From an uncultured Bacteroidales bacterium (GTDB lineage: Bacteria > Bacteroidota > Bacteroidia > Bacteroidales > F082): a DNA stretch of 64,000 nucleotides. Shown here piece after piece: positions 18,606 through 28,523 of this stretch (positions are counted from its first letter, which is position 1; each line of letters starts with the position of its first letter). The position numbers and the translations under genes were made by a program. The notes beneath the pieces were generated by a model. It worked only from the letters and a program-made list of their open reading frames with translations, was not told where the DNA came from and did not search any database. The stretch lies in the NCBI GenBank assembly GCA_947305795.1, contig CAMZEK010000007.1, forward strand, positions 627-64,626. The letters run 5' to 3'.

Positions 18606-18891
18606 AAATCAATACTTTGTCTTTTTCCGCCGTCTCTCGGGCAAAAGGCAGCAAGCTGCCTTCCGTTATCAAATCCACTTTCTTGCCCAACAAATCCTCC
18701 AAGCCCAAGGCAATACCAATATGCTTGAGTAAACTCACGCCCTTACCTGTCTCTTGGTCGAAGACAACCAAAACATCCACATCGCTTTCTGGCGTTTGTT
18801 CACCCCTCGCATACGAGCCAAACAGCCACGCTTTCAGCACAGGTTGAGTGGCAAAATAGGCTTGCATGGTTTGTATCAACTGGGTATCCAT
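18589..18891 (-). CDS. MNT-type nucleotidyltransferase (antitoxin of HepT/MNT modules)
   Basis: '[23 protein letters not shown]' is the minimal NTase motif. The -7 box lies inside the track ORF's first codons, so ATG 18891 (MDTQLIQ...) is preferred. Confidence 0.8.
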   Translation of the reverse strand: MDTQLIQTMQAYFATQPVLKAWLFGSYARGEQTPESDVDVLVVFDQETGKGVSLLKHIGIALGLEDLLGKKVDLITEGSLLPFARETAEKDKVLIYERAG

Positions 18892-18908
18892 CGTACAGAT
18901 TGTTTTTG

Positions 18909-18916
18909 CAAAAGTA
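18909..18916 (-). promoter_or_regulatory. Bacteroidota -7 promoter box (TAnnTTTG)
   Basis: Minus-strand TACTTTTG about 17 nt upstream of ATG 18891. Confidence 0.45.
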
Positions 18917-18956
18917 CACATTTTTTCAAAACCTACAATTTTTCAAGAAATTCAAC

Positions 18957-18964
18957 TATTTTTG
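18957..18964 (+). promoter_or_regulatory. Bacteroidota -7 promoter box (TAnnTTTG)
   Basis: TATTTTTG about 20 nt upstream of thyA ATG 18985. Confidence 0.5.
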
Positions 18965-18984
18965 CAGCACGAAATTACCCAAAG

Positions 18985-19812
18985 ATGAAGCAATATTTAG
19001 ATTTATTACAGTATATTTTGGACCACGGCCATCAGAAAGGCGACCGCACGGGAACAGGCACCATCAGCGTGTTCGGCTACCAGATGCGGTTTGACCTTTC
19101 GGAAGGGTTCCCTTTGGTCACGACGAAAAAGGTGCATCTGAAGTCCATCATTTATGAACTATTATGGCTGCTGAAAGGCGACACCAACATCCAGTACCTG
19201 CACGACCACAAAGTCAGCATTTGGGACGAATGGGCTGATGCCAACGGCGACCTCGGCCCCGTTTATGGTGCCCAATGGCGCAATTGGAACGACGAGGGCA
19301 TTGACCAAATTGCCGATGTAGTAAGAAGCATCAAGGAAAACCCGAACAGCCGTCGGCACATCGTAACCGCTTGGAATCCAAGCGTCTTACCCGATGAGCA
19401 CGAAAAGGATTTCGCCGCAAACGTGGCCGCTGGCAAGGCGGCACTCCCACCCTGCCACTGCTTCTTCCAGTTTTATGTAGCCGACGGACGACTGTCGTGC
19501 CAGCTTTACCAACGCAGCGCGGACGTGTTTCTCGGCGTGCCGTTCAACATCGCCTCCTACGCCCTCCTTACCATGATGATGGCGCAGGTGTGCGGTTTAC
19601 AACCCGGCGACTTCGTCCATACTTTCGGAGACGTACACATCTACAACAACCTCATCGAACAGGTGAAGTTGCAACTGACACGCACACCAAGACCATTGCC
19701 CACCATGAGAATCAACCCAAAGATAAAAGATATTTTTGGCTTCAAATTTGAGGATTTCACATTAGAGAATTACGACCCGTGGCCTGCGATTAAAGGCGAA
19801 GTGTCTGTCTAG
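18985..19812 (+). CDS. thyA: thymidylate synthase
   Basis: '[31 protein letters not shown]' and '[13 protein letters not shown]...[24 protein letters not shown]' are canonical ThyA motifs. The track ORF is extended upstream. Confidence 0.95.
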   Translation: MKQYLDLLQYILDHGHQKGDRTGTGTISVFGYQMRFDLSEGFPLVTTKKVHLKSIIYELLWLLKGDTNIQYLHDHKVSIWDEWADANGDLGPVYGAQWRNWNDEGIDQIADVVRSIKENPNSRRHIVTAWNPSVLPDEHEKDFAANVAAGKAALPPCHCFFQFYVADGRLSCQLYQRSADVFLGVPFNIASYALLTMMMAQVCGLQPGDFVHTFGDVHIYNNLIEQVKLQLTRTPRPLPTMRINPKIKDIFGFKFEDFTLENYDPWPAIKGEVSV

Positions 19813-19850
19813 ATTGCCACGGCCTGCGGCCCCGCAATAACATCAATAAA

Positions 19851-19879
19851 AACTGACAACTGAATAACTGACAACAAAT
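19851..19879 (+). promoter_or_regulatory. AACT-heptad leader abutting the folA start
   Basis: AACTGAC AACTGAAT AACTGAC AACAAAT ATG, with AACT at 19851, 19858 and 19866. Confidence 0.35.
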
Positions 19880-20374
19880 ATGACAATCTCCATCATCGTC
19901 GCCATGGCCGCCAACCGCGCTATCGGCATCAACAACCAACTCATTTGGCACAATAGCAACGACCTGAAACACTTTAAAAAGGTGACTTCGGGCCATTGCG
20001 TCATCATGGGACACAACACATGGCTCTCGTTGCCCGGTCAGAAGGCCCTGCCCAACCGCCGCAATATCATCATCTCCGACCGCTTGGACGAAGCCCCTGA
20101 AGGTTACGAGCTGGCCACCTCTATCCCGCAAGCCATCGAAATGGTGCAGAGCGAGGACGAGGTTTTCATCATGGGTGGCGGCAGCATCTATGAGCAATTC
20201 CTGCCCAAGGCCAACAAGCTGTATCTGACCCGTCTTGACAAGGAGTTTGAGGCTGACACCTATTTCCCCTACATCAACTTCGAGGAATGGAATCTCGTTG
20301 ACCTTGATGTGATTGACGATGACCCGCAAGTGGACTATTCCTATCGTTTTGAGGTCTGGGAGAGAAAAGCATGA
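19880..20374 (+). CDS. folA: dihydrofolate reductase
   Basis: 164 aa with 'ISIIVAMAANRAIGINNQLIW', 'GHNTWLSLP' and 'VFIMGGGSIYEQFL'. Confidence 0.9.
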   Translation: MTISIIVAMAANRAIGINNQLIWHNSNDLKHFKKVTSGHCVIMGHNTWLSLPGQKALPNRRNIIISDRLDEAPEGYELATSIPQAIEMVQSEDEVFIMGGGSIYEQFLPKANKLYLTRLDKEFEADTYFPYINFEEWNLVDLDVIDDDPQVDYSYRFEVWERKA

Positions 20375-22974
20375 AAAGGAAATACCTTATCGTCCTTGCA
20401 GCTGTTCTAATGGCCGCCGTCCCGATTTTTGCCCTTTCTAACGGCGAGAACCTCAACCAAGCCTTGAGCACACTTCGTAAAGACTTGAGGCAGGATTACC
20501 AACAAATCTCGAAAGCACAGACCCAGCTCTCTGATGATTATGAGAAGCAGCACGAGAGGATGGTGGAAATCATGAAACAGTGCAACGAGCTATCGCTGCA
20601 GCTGTATTCCCAGAAACAGGACTTCACCTTCGACCTCTGCTATGCCTTGGAGAACGTCACGGACAAATACAACGAATTCAGCAAGGACCGCAAGCCTTTC
20701 GACCACATCGTCGCCAACCTTGACATAGAAATTGAGCGATACGCCCGCCTGATTGAAACGCTGCGTCGACTCCCACCCGAACGCGACAGCATCTTCGGCC
20801 TGCCCGATAGTCTGCTCTTCCCCAACGACACGTTGAACCGAAATCTTATCCTCAGCAGCTCTCAAGTGATGCTTGAAGCCGAAGTCAAAGCATTGGCCGA
20901 CTCCATCTCGACACCTTTCATCCTTGACGAACAAGGCAATCAAGATCGCGACCAGTGCATCTTCTACGCCACCGAACTACTGAAGATGTACGTTGAAAGC
21001 AAAACCATCGTGGTGGCCGACAGCATCCACTATCACGAGACCTTCCTGCGCTTGAAAGAGACTTACGACTTTGCCCGCAACTATTACCAACTTCTCCAAA
21101 ACAACATCTTCATCGAAGGACAAACACCTTGGTTCTCTATCCTGACCAATCCTAGCCGCTACTGGCAAAAGGCCAAGGAAGATATCAAAGAAAAATACAC
21201 CCTTGCGCCCGACATAGACAACCCTGAAGACGAGGACACAGCCTATTCACTGCAAATCTTGGTCGTTTTCTTCCTCATTGCGGGTTTCCTAGTGCTATGG
21301 CTCATTGTCGCCCTGCTGCTCATCCCCGTTTTCCGTTACATCAAACCCATAAAGGACTTGGTCGCCAAAGAACAACGGCGTTATGTTTCCTTATTAGTTT
21401 CCATCCTGATATTTGTTCTAATCACTGCCAGTTCAATTGACAACAGCATTTTCCAAAAAGCTTTCGACCTTGCCAACACCTTCATGTGGCTACTTGCTGC
21501 CATCATTGCCGCATTACTCATCAGATTGAAACCCGAGCAACTCAAGAATGGCGTTAAGCTCTACATCCCGACCATCTTCATGGCCCTGGCCGTCATCGGT
21601 TGCCGCGTCGTTTTCATGCCCAACTCACTGATGAACATCTTCTTTCCTCCCATTCCCTTAATCTTTTTCTGTTGGCAGTTGTATGCTTGTCTGAGGCACA
21701 GACAGAAAGTTGAAAAGAGTGACCGCATCTTCGGCTGGATTTCGCTCGTCGTGACGGGAATAGCGTTAATTGTTGCCATCGCCGGTTACATCTTCGCTTC
21801 GTTGCTTATCTTGGTTTGGTGGTATTTCCAACTTGCGACCATCCTCACCATCATCACCATTTGGGACCTGACTGTGCTTTACAAGGAAAAGCGAATGAAG
21901 CACCGCATCGACAAGCACAGCAAGCGTACTGCCCACCTGTCGGGTGCTGATAAGGACACGCTCATGTTCAGGGCGACTTGGTTCTACGATCTCATCCGTG
22001 AAGTGGTTTTACCAGTAGTGGTGCTGATGTCGTTCCCATTCTGCCTACACCTCGCATTAAATGTGTTCGATTTTGAGGACTTGTACAACAATCTGTATCA
22101 CAGTCCTTTCTTCCAATTAACCAACGACGAGGGCAAAAGCACCTTCTGTATTTCCTTCTATAGCATTATCCTGCTGATTTGTCTGTTTTTCGTGTTCCGT
22201 TACGCCAACCAGGCCCTTCACGCCCTGTACCAAAGAGTCCGTTACACCCTCTTCATGCGGAAACACAACCGCAAGCACATCCGTAGCAACGAAATCAACC
22301 TGTCGCTTGCCAACAGCATCATCAGCGTGGTGGTATGGATGATTTACATCATCATCATCGTAGTCATGCTAAAGATTCCAACCGGTTCGTTAAGCCTTGT
22401 GGCTGGAGGCCTTTCCGCCGGTATAGGCCTAGCACTCAAGGATGTCCTCAACAACTTCATCTACGGCATCCAACTCTTGTCAGGCCGTCTGCGAGTGGGT
22501 GACTGGATAGAATGTGACGGAGTAAGAGGCAAGGTCACCGAAATCAGCTACCAAAGCACGCAGATTGAGACCGTTGACGGCGCGCAAATGTCGTTCCTCA
22601 ACGCCACTCTCTTTGCCAAAAACTTCAGCAACCTCACACGCAACCATTCCTACGAGTTCCTCAAGATTACTGTGGGCGTGGCATACGGCACCGAGATCCA
22701 ACGCGTCCGCGAGGTGTTGCTGGAGGCCCTCAAAACGCTCCAAACCAAAGATGCCTTTGGTAGAGACATCGTGGAACCCCAACGTGGCGTTTCCATTGTA
22801 CTGGGCGACATGGACGACAATGCGGTCACCATCGCCATCAAGCAATATGTGCTTGTTGCAGAACGTGTTGGCTACATTGATCGCGCCAAAGAATTGATTT
22901 ACAACACTCTAAACGAAAACGGCATTGCCATCCCATTCCCGCAGTGCGACGTCCATCTTATTAAGGACGAATAA
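20371..22974 (+). CDS. mechanosensitive ion channel, MscS family with large N-terminal extension (MscK-like)
   Basis: 867 aa: signal peptide, coiled-coil periplasmic region, many TM helices, and the MscS core 'LRVGDWIECDGVRGKVTEISYQSTQIETVDGAQMSFLNATLF'. ATGA overlap with folA. Confidence 0.8.
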   Translation: MKRKYLIVLAAVLMAAVPIFALSNGENLNQALSTLRKDLRQDYQQISKAQTQLSDDYEKQHERMVEIMKQCNELSLQLYSQKQDFTFDLCYALENVTDKYNEFSKDRKPFDHIVANLDIEIERYARLIETLRRLPPERDSIFGLPDSLLFPNDTLNRNLILSSSQVMLEAEVKALADSISTPFILDEQGNQDRDQCIFYATELLKMYVESKTIVVADSIHYHETFLRLKETYDFARNYYQLLQNNIFIEGQTPWFSILTNPSRYWQKAKEDIKEKYTLAPDIDNPEDEDTAYSLQILVVFFLIAGFLVLWLIVALLLIPVFRYIKPIKDLVAKEQRRYVSLLVSILIFVLITASSIDNSIFQKAFDLANTFMWLLAAIIAALLIRLKPEQLKNGVKLYIPTIFMALAVIGCRVVFMPNSLMNIFFPPIPLIFFCWQLYACLRHRQKVEKSDRIFGWISLVVTGIALIVAIAGYIFASLLILVWWYFQLATILTIITIWDLTVLYKEKRMKHRIDKHSKRTAHLSGADKDTLMFRATWFYDLIREVVLPVVVLMSFPFCLHLALNVFDFEDLYNNLYHSPFFQLTNDEGKSTFCISFYSIILLICLFFVFRYANQALHALYQRVRYTLFMRKHNRKHIRSNEINLSLANSIISVVVWMIYIIIIVVMLKIPTGSLSLVAGGLSAGIGLALKDVLNNFIYGIQLLSGRLRVGDWIECDGVRGKVTEISYQSTQIETVDGAQMSFLNATLFAKNFSNLTRNHSYEFLKITVGVAYGTEIQRVREVLLEALKTLQTKDAFGRDIVEPQRGVSIVLGDMDDNAVTIAIKQYVLVAERVGYIDRAKELIYNTLNENGIAIPFPQCDVHLIKDE

Positions 22975-23120
22975 TTGGGCTAACGCTCAGCACCAAACAC
23001 TCTGAGGGAAGGTTGGAAAACGACCTCGCCCGCATTGATTTTGGCCTTGCACACGAAGGGTTGTCATCATCAGCGACAAAATCGCTGTCAAGGTGATGCA
23101 TCGTTTCGTGGTACGGAGAT

Positions 23121-23153
23121 AGAAAAACGGCCACCCCTATACAAGAGTGGCCG
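23121..23153 (-). terminator. intrinsic terminator-like hairpin after the C10 array
   Basis: Minus strand: CGGCCAC-12 nt loop-GTGGCCG followed by TTTTTCT, about 30 nt after the stop at 23182. Confidence 0.45.
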
Positions 23154-23181
23154 CTCACAAAAAACAAATGTTATGAAAAAC

Positions 23182-25776
23182 TTACTTGATTACGGTAATA
23201 CGCTTGGTGATGTTGCCGTTTTCGGTGACTACTTGCACCATGTAAACACCGCTTTCAGCACCGCTCAGATTAATGGTTGCTGAGTTGCCTTCGCATTGGG
23301 TGTCATACACCTTCTGACCGATGGTGTTATAAACCGTCACGTGTTGCAAGCCTTCGCCTTCCACTGTGAACATATCCTTGGTTGGATTAGGATAGAGAGC
23401 CACATCGCTACCATTCATTTCTTCAACAGCGTCCACAGAATACAGAACATGGAGGTAGAATTGGTTACTATCATGAATCCAGCTGGCAGGTGCCGACACG
23501 CAGTCAAGGTCGTTGTATGCAGCATAGAGCTTGTAGTAGTACCAAGTGCCGTCCGCGTTGGCAGTATTGTCGGTATAGCTTGTAGCGTTGGAACTCAACA
23601 GTTTGATTCTCTCATATTCGGTGTTATCGGTTTTTCTGTAGAGATAATAGCCCGAAAGGCCTTCAGCCTGCTCCGGTTTTTCCCATTTTAGCTTGATTTT
23701 GAAGGTATTGGTGTATTCATAGTCAAGATTAGTCGGGGCATAGCACTCACCTGAAGTGGCGCACGACTCATTGGAGTATTCACCATTCTCACCTCCATCG
23801 CTGAGGTAACCGACACGATAGCAATGGCCACCCACCGAAGCGTTTTCATCAACGAAAGAAGTTGCGTTGGGAACAAGGCGATAGAGCAAATTGTCACGAT
23901 ACACCACGTAGCCATAACCTGACTCACTTATGCCATCCCAAGAGACATTGATGTTGTGAGAATTCTCGGAATCAACCAAGGCAATGACGTTCGACGGGAC
24001 ACCCATGCCAGTCGGGTTACCACAGCCATTATTGCCTTCATAGAAGATGCCTTCAGGCATGTCCTCTGAGGATCCAGAATAGGTATAAATCGAATTGTTC
24101 TGCGAATCCTTAAGCGTGAATCCCATGTTGAAAGCACCTGATTGGGTCGGGGCTGTCCAACCGAAGGATACCATGCCAAGCGGCACATCAACTGGTATGG
24201 CCTGAACGCTGGAGCTGGTGGTGGTCACTTGGGCAACCTCAGTGCCAGCAGCGTTGTAGACATGGATGGCACCACCCTTGAAGCCCGTGAAGGAAGCCTG
24301 CGTAATGTTGACTATCCAACTGCAGGTGGGACCAAAACTGACGCTATTGGAATAGGCAAGCTTGCCATGACTGCCATTGCAGACTGCATAAACCGTGTAT
24401 ACGAAACTGTCATAACGAGGCACCGTGTTGTCAGAAATGGTCATCGAGGCACCTGGAGTAACGTTGTTTTGCGTATAGATTACCTCACCGTCGCGACAAA
24501 CCACAATCTGGTCGATGGAGGTCAAAGTGCTGTTGTTCAAAGCTTGCGAAGGATTGGTCCAAGAAACCTGAGCCGACAATGCAGTAGGGCTGTCGGGCGT
24601 AACATTCACGTTTGTGGGAGCCTTGGCCGTGCTATTGTAAACATCAACAGGAACAAAATTGGTGACAATCTTGTTCTGGGCATTGTAATCAATATTATCG
24701 ATGAGGAACCAGTTGTCGCCACTGCCACCCCAACCCCAGTTAAAGTGGAAGTAATCGTTGTCGTCGTAACCGTCGCAGATGAAGGCGTGACCATAAGGAG
24801 CACCCGATTCAACACCTGCATAATACATGGGCCATCCCATGTCGAAAGCTTCTTTCAGCGTATTCATCCAAACCGTGACGTTTGCCTTGTTCATAACAGA
24901 AGCGGCGTTAGAATAACGGAAATAAGTGGAAATGGCTGAAGGGACGCTTTCAGTGCTGGCACCGCTACCTTGTTCAATATCGCCACCATAATCCATATTG
25001 ACGGCAACGCCGCAATGATAGCAAAGTGTAGCAACGGCAGTACCTTCTTCAGGCGTGTAATTACTACTGGTATAGACATTCAACATGTGATCCCAATCAT
25101 AAGTCGTGGCACCATAATTGGCACTTTGTTGACCATACTTCGGATGATTGTATGTATGGCTTCCTTGGCCTTGAGCCGGATGGTTCCAATACTTCATAAT
25201 CTGCGACATGGCCGTGGCCACGCAACCCACGTAGGCGTGATAACCCGCATTGGGGCTTTGGGCGTCATCAGGGCACATGCTGTTATAAGGAGCCGGGCTT
25301 TGGTTCCATTTGGTCTGCAACAAATACACACGGCCCTTGCCGCCATTACGCGAAATCAGCTCACCCGAGTTCATCACGCTCTGCCATTCGGCGGCAACTT
25401 TAGGAGTGGCCTTGCCCGTAAGCTTTCCACTACGGTTGGCAATCACCTGGTCAAGCATGTAATTCAATGCGGGGTTGATGTTTTCGGCATCGAAAATCCC
25501 TTCGTTGGAATAGGCAACGATAGGACGGTAGAAATCATCGGCGGAGACAATGACATGCCCCTCTTTGCCGACATTGAAGACATAGAAACAAGCTTCGCCA
25601 CGGTTGGAGGCACCCGTATAAACAAGGGTAAGTTCTAAACTTTGACGGGCTTGTTCAAAATTGGCCTGGACAAACTGTTGTCCGACGTACTTGGCTTGGC
25701 TCACGCTGACCGGATTGGCGAACGCCGTCCCGAGACCGAGCATTAAAGCAAGCACACTCATCAGATACTTTTTCAT
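23182..25776 (-). CDS. C10 family cysteine peptidase (streptopain/interpain-like) with I69-type prodomain and T9SS C-terminal sorting domain, paralogue 1
   Basis: Signal peptide. Prodomain 'ACFYVFNVGKEGHVIVSADDFYRPIVAYS'. Catalytic Cys 'YVGCVATAMSQIMKYWNHP' and His 'GHAFICDGYDDNDYFHFNWGWGG'. Fn3-like 'LSGYYLYRK'. T9SS tail 'LYPNPTKDMFTVEGEG...GVYMVQVVTENGNITKRITVIK'. Confidence 0.85.
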   Translation of the reverse strand: MKKYLMSVLALMLGLGTAFANPVSVSQAKYVGQQFVQANFEQARQSLELTLVYTGASNRGEACFYVFNVGKEGHVIVSADDFYRPIVAYSNEGIFDAENINPALNYMLDQVIANRSGKLTGKATPKVAAEWQSVMNSGELISRNGGKGRVYLLQTKWNQSPAPYNSMCPDDAQSPNAGYHAYVGCVATAMSQIMKYWNHPAQGQGSHTYNHPKYGQQSANYGATTYDWDHMLNVYTSSNYTPEEGTAVATLCYHCGVAVNMDYGGDIEQGSGASTESVPSAISTYFRYSNAASVMNKANVTVWMNTLKEAFDMGWPMYYAGVESGAPYGHAFICDGYDDNDYFHFNWGWGGSGDNWFLIDNIDYNAQNKIVTNFVPVDVYNSTAKAPTNVNVTPDSPTALSAQVSWTNPSQALNNSTLTSIDQIVVCRDGEVIYTQNNVTPGASMTISDNTVPRYDSFVYTVYAVCNGSHGKLAYSNSVSFGPTCSWIVNITQASFTGFKGGAIHVYNAAGTEVAQVTTTSSSVQAIPVDVPLGMVSFGWTAPTQSGAFNMGFTLKDSQNNSIYTYSGSSEDMPEGIFYEGNNGCGNPTGMGVPSNVIALVDSENSHNINVSWDGISESGYGYVVYRDNLLYRLVPNATSFVDENASVGGHCYRVGYLSDGGENGEYSNESCATSGECYAPTNLDYEYTNTFKIKLKWEKPEQAEGLSGYYLYRKTDNTEYERIKLLSSNATSYTDNTANADGTWYYYKLYAAYNDLDCVSAPASWIHDSNQFYLHVLYSVDAVEEMNGSDVALYPNPTKDMFTVEGEGLQHVTVYNTIGQKVYDTQCEGNSATINLSGAESGVYMVQVVTENGNITKRITVIK

Positions 25777-25827
25777 TGGTGTAGAATTTTAATTAATCGT
25801 TTCTTTTTCCATTTTGAATCAAGGGCG

Positions 25828-25835
25828 CAAATTTA
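25828..25835 (-). promoter_or_regulatory. Bacteroidota -7 promoter box (TAnnTTTG)
   Basis: Minus-strand TAAATTTG about 51 nt upstream of ATG 25776. Confidence 0.4.
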
Positions 25836-25878
25836 TACAAAAATCCAATATGCGAACCACTTTTGATTGACAAAAACA

Positions 25879-28434
25879 TCAATGCGTGATAGACAAGCGA
25901 CGCACAGCGGTTCCCTCACGTGAGCTTATAGTGACGACATATAGTCCTTCAGCAAACGAAGACACATTGATATTCAATACATTGCCCTCCTTCTCCTGCT
26001 GGTAGACCATTTGGCCCAACATATTGCAAACCGTCACTTTTGTCATGCCTTCTGCTTCAATTCGCAACGTTTGGTCGGCGGGATTCGGATACAGGTTGAC
26101 GCTTTGCCCAGTAGACTCTTCCACATCCGTTGGGGAATAATAGACATGGAGATAAAACAGATTCGGGAAGTGCTTGACGGATGCCGGAGCCGAGGTGCAG
26201 TCGGTGGCGGAATAGTATGCGTAAAGACGGTAATAGTAATCTCCTTCCACGTTGGCTGTGTTGTCGGTATAGGTAGTGGCATTAGAACCGAGTAGCTTGA
26301 CTCTCTCGTAGGTGCCATTTTCGCCTTTTTTCCTATAAAGGTAATAGCCAGAAAGTCCTTCGTGGTTTTCAGGTTTATCCCAAATCAGCTTGATTTTGTA
26401 GTTGTTACCAGTGTACTCAAAAGTAAAGCCGCTCGCAGCCATGCAATCGCCCGCCGAAGCGCAGGTCTCATTAGAGTCCTCAGACTCGCCACCTTCACCC
26501 AAGGACCTCACCGTATAGCAATATCCAGCAGTGATGTTCTCATCGGTATAGGTTTTGCCTTCACGCACTAAGGCAATGAGCTGTTCGTCACGGTAAATGT
26601 TGTAGCCATAATAGGGATCAACATCACTATTCCAAGTAAGCACGACATTGTCGGAACTCACATGCGACACCAAACCGTATGGGGTTTCCTCCATCTGTCC
26701 CGAGCCACAATCATTGTTGGCACGAAGGAAAATGCCGGCCTCCAAGTCTATTGAGTTGCCTGAATAGGTGTAAAGCGAGTTGCCCTCGCTGTCCTTGATG
26801 ACAAAAGTCATATTGCTCACCGTTTGATTCGGAGCCGTCCAGCCAAAACTGACACGTCCAACCGGAACGGGGATGTTCAACGAGACGGGCGAGGAATTGG
26901 TCATGGTATAGCGATCCACTTCCCTACCCGTGGCGGAATAAAGCGACACATAGCCGCCGTTCCAACCTTGGAAGGAGCTGCTTTGCATGACGATTTTCCA
27001 GTTGCAGGTCGGGCTGACAAGGATGTCATCGGCGTATGCCGAAGTACCACGCTGCCCATCGGAAATGGCATAGACGGCATACTTGAAGTTGTCGTAGCAC
27101 GGAACACTCTCATCCACGAAGCTCATCTCAGCGCCTGGAGCGACATTGTCCTCAGAATAAATCACCTTTCCGTTGCGTTCGACCACAATCTGATCGATGA
27201 CAGCAAGGTTGGTGTTGGATAAAGTCTTGGCGGGATTCTTCCATGAAAGGGAGGCCACCAAAGTGCCGTCAGTGGCCGGTATCACGACAAAATCAGTGGG
27301 CGCATCGGGCGTGGCGGCATAAACGGCGGCAGGTACATAATTATAGATGACGCTCTCGCCGTCGGCATAGCCGTGATTGTCGATGTCGAACCAACCATCG
27401 CTGCTTCCACTCCAGCCCCAATTGAAGTGCACCATGTCGTTGTCATTATAGCCGTCAAGTACATAGGCATGGCCGTTCCCTCTGTGGGCCATTGGCCATC
27501 CCATGTCAATTGCATTGATAATCAACTGCATATATTCTTCACGGGTATAATCTTCACGGCTAAGGTTTTGCATGTAGTTGGTGTAGAAGAAGTATTCAGG
27601 CATTCTTTGGCAAAGCAGCCCTGTGACAGCACCGCTGCTGCCGGGACGATAGTTCATGTCCACCGAAACGCCCGCATGGTAAATCAGTTGAGCCACGGCC
27701 TCGATTTGCACTTGCGGCGAACTTGCGCTGATGTGGTTGGGCATGTTGTCCCAGTCATAGATGGTCGCTCCAAAATTGGCCGTCAGCGGGCCGTATTCCG
27801 GATGGTCGTTTGGAATGTAGGTATGGCTGCCTTGTCCCTGCAACGGATGGTTCCAGAACTTCATCACCTGGGCGGCAGCAGTCGCCACGCAACCAGCATA
27901 GCAGTGTCCACCAGGGCCTTCTTCGCCTTCGGGACAGAAATAATTGTAAGGATAATTTTGGTTCCATATGGTCTGCACCAAGTATTCGTCTTCCCTACCA
28001 CCGTGGCGCGAGACGAGGCGACCACATTTCTCTAGCATGGCCCAATCGGCGGCAACTTCAGCATTGCCTGTACCTTTCTGCGCCTCGGACATAATGCCCA
28101 AACGCATCCTTTCAAGGTAATCGGCCAAAGCGGGAGCCATGTCGTCGGGGTTGAAGGTGCCCTTGTCGGAATAGCCGATGACGGGGCGCACCGCATCATC
28201 GCCGGCAAGGATAACGAAACCCGTCGTACCCACGTTAAAAACGTAATAACAGGCCTCTCCCCTGTCGGAATATCCCGTTTTGACGAGGCTCAAATCGGAG
28301 CTTTGGCGGGTGAATTCAAAATTGGCTGACACGAAGGATTGCACCAGCCTCTGTGCGGTTTCTTGGCTGACAGGCCGAGCCGACACAGTGACGGCAATAG
28401 TCAATGCCAATAGCGAAAGTAGTATTTTTTTCAT
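25879..28434 (-). CDS. C10 family cysteine peptidase with I69-type prodomain and T9SS C-terminal domain, paralogue 2
   Basis: 'ACYYVFNVGTTGFVILAGDDAVRPVIGYS', 'YAGCVATAAAQVMKFWNHP', 'GHAYVLDGYNDNDMVHFNWGWSG', tail 'LYPNPADQTLRIEAEG...GLYVVTISSREGTAVRRLSITH'. Confidence 0.85.
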   Translation of the reverse strand: MKKILLSLLALTIAVTVSARPVSQETAQRLVQSFVSANFEFTRQSSDLSLVKTGYSDRGEACYYVFNVGTTGFVILAGDDAVRPVIGYSDKGTFNPDDMAPALADYLERMRLGIMSEAQKGTGNAEVAADWAMLEKCGRLVSRHGGREDEYLVQTIWNQNYPYNYFCPEGEEGPGGHCYAGCVATAAAQVMKFWNHPLQGQGSHTYIPNDHPEYGPLTANFGATIYDWDNMPNHISASSPQVQIEAVAQLIYHAGVSVDMNYRPGSSGAVTGLLCQRMPEYFFYTNYMQNLSREDYTREEYMQLIINAIDMGWPMAHRGNGHAYVLDGYNDNDMVHFNWGWSGSSDGWFDIDNHGYADGESVIYNYVPAAVYAATPDAPTDFVVIPATDGTLVASLSWKNPAKTLSNTNLAVIDQIVVERNGKVIYSEDNVAPGAEMSFVDESVPCYDNFKYAVYAISDGQRGTSAYADDILVSPTCNWKIVMQSSSFQGWNGGYVSLYSATGREVDRYTMTNSSPVSLNIPVPVGRVSFGWTAPNQTVSNMTFVIKDSEGNSLYTYSGNSIDLEAGIFLRANNDCGSGQMEETPYGLVSHVSSDNVVLTWNSDVDPYYGYNIYRDEQLIALVREGKTYTDENITAGYCYTVRSLGEGGESEDSNETCASAGDCMAASGFTFEYTGNNYKIKLIWDKPENHEGLSGYYLYRKKGENGTYERVKLLGSNATTYTDNTANVEGDYYYRLYAYYSATDCTSAPASVKHFPNLFYLHVYYSPTDVEESTGQSVNLYPNPADQTLRIEAEGMTKVTVCNMLGQMVYQQEKEGNVLNINVSSFAEGLYVVTISSREGTAVRRLSITH

Positions 28435-28460
28435 TGTATTAGGTATTTAGATTTAGCCTG

Positions 28461-28468
28461 CAAATATA
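28461..28468 (-). promoter_or_regulatory. Bacteroidota -7 promoter box (TAnnTTTG)
   Basis: Minus-strand TATATTTG about 26 nt upstream of ATG 28434, immediately after the terminator of the preceding paralogue. Confidence 0.5.
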
Positions 28469-28470
28469 AA

Positions 28471-28502
28471 CAAAAAAAGGAAATGCGCAAGGCATTTCCT
28501 TT
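28471..28502 (-). terminator. intrinsic terminator between C10 paralogues 3 and 2
   Basis: Minus strand: AAAGGAAATGC-CTTGC-GCATTTCCTTT (11-bp stem) followed by a TTTT tract, about 20 nt after the stop at 28524. Confidence 0.6.
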
Positions 28503-28523
28503 CTAAAAGTGGATGATTGGCTA

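Noticed and set aside
16219-20329. Minus-strand ORFs 16219..16731 and 19790..20329, antisense to the bifunctional nuclease and folA genes.
   Set aside because: The sense-strand genes have diagnostic motifs. These are shadow frames without start or promoter support.
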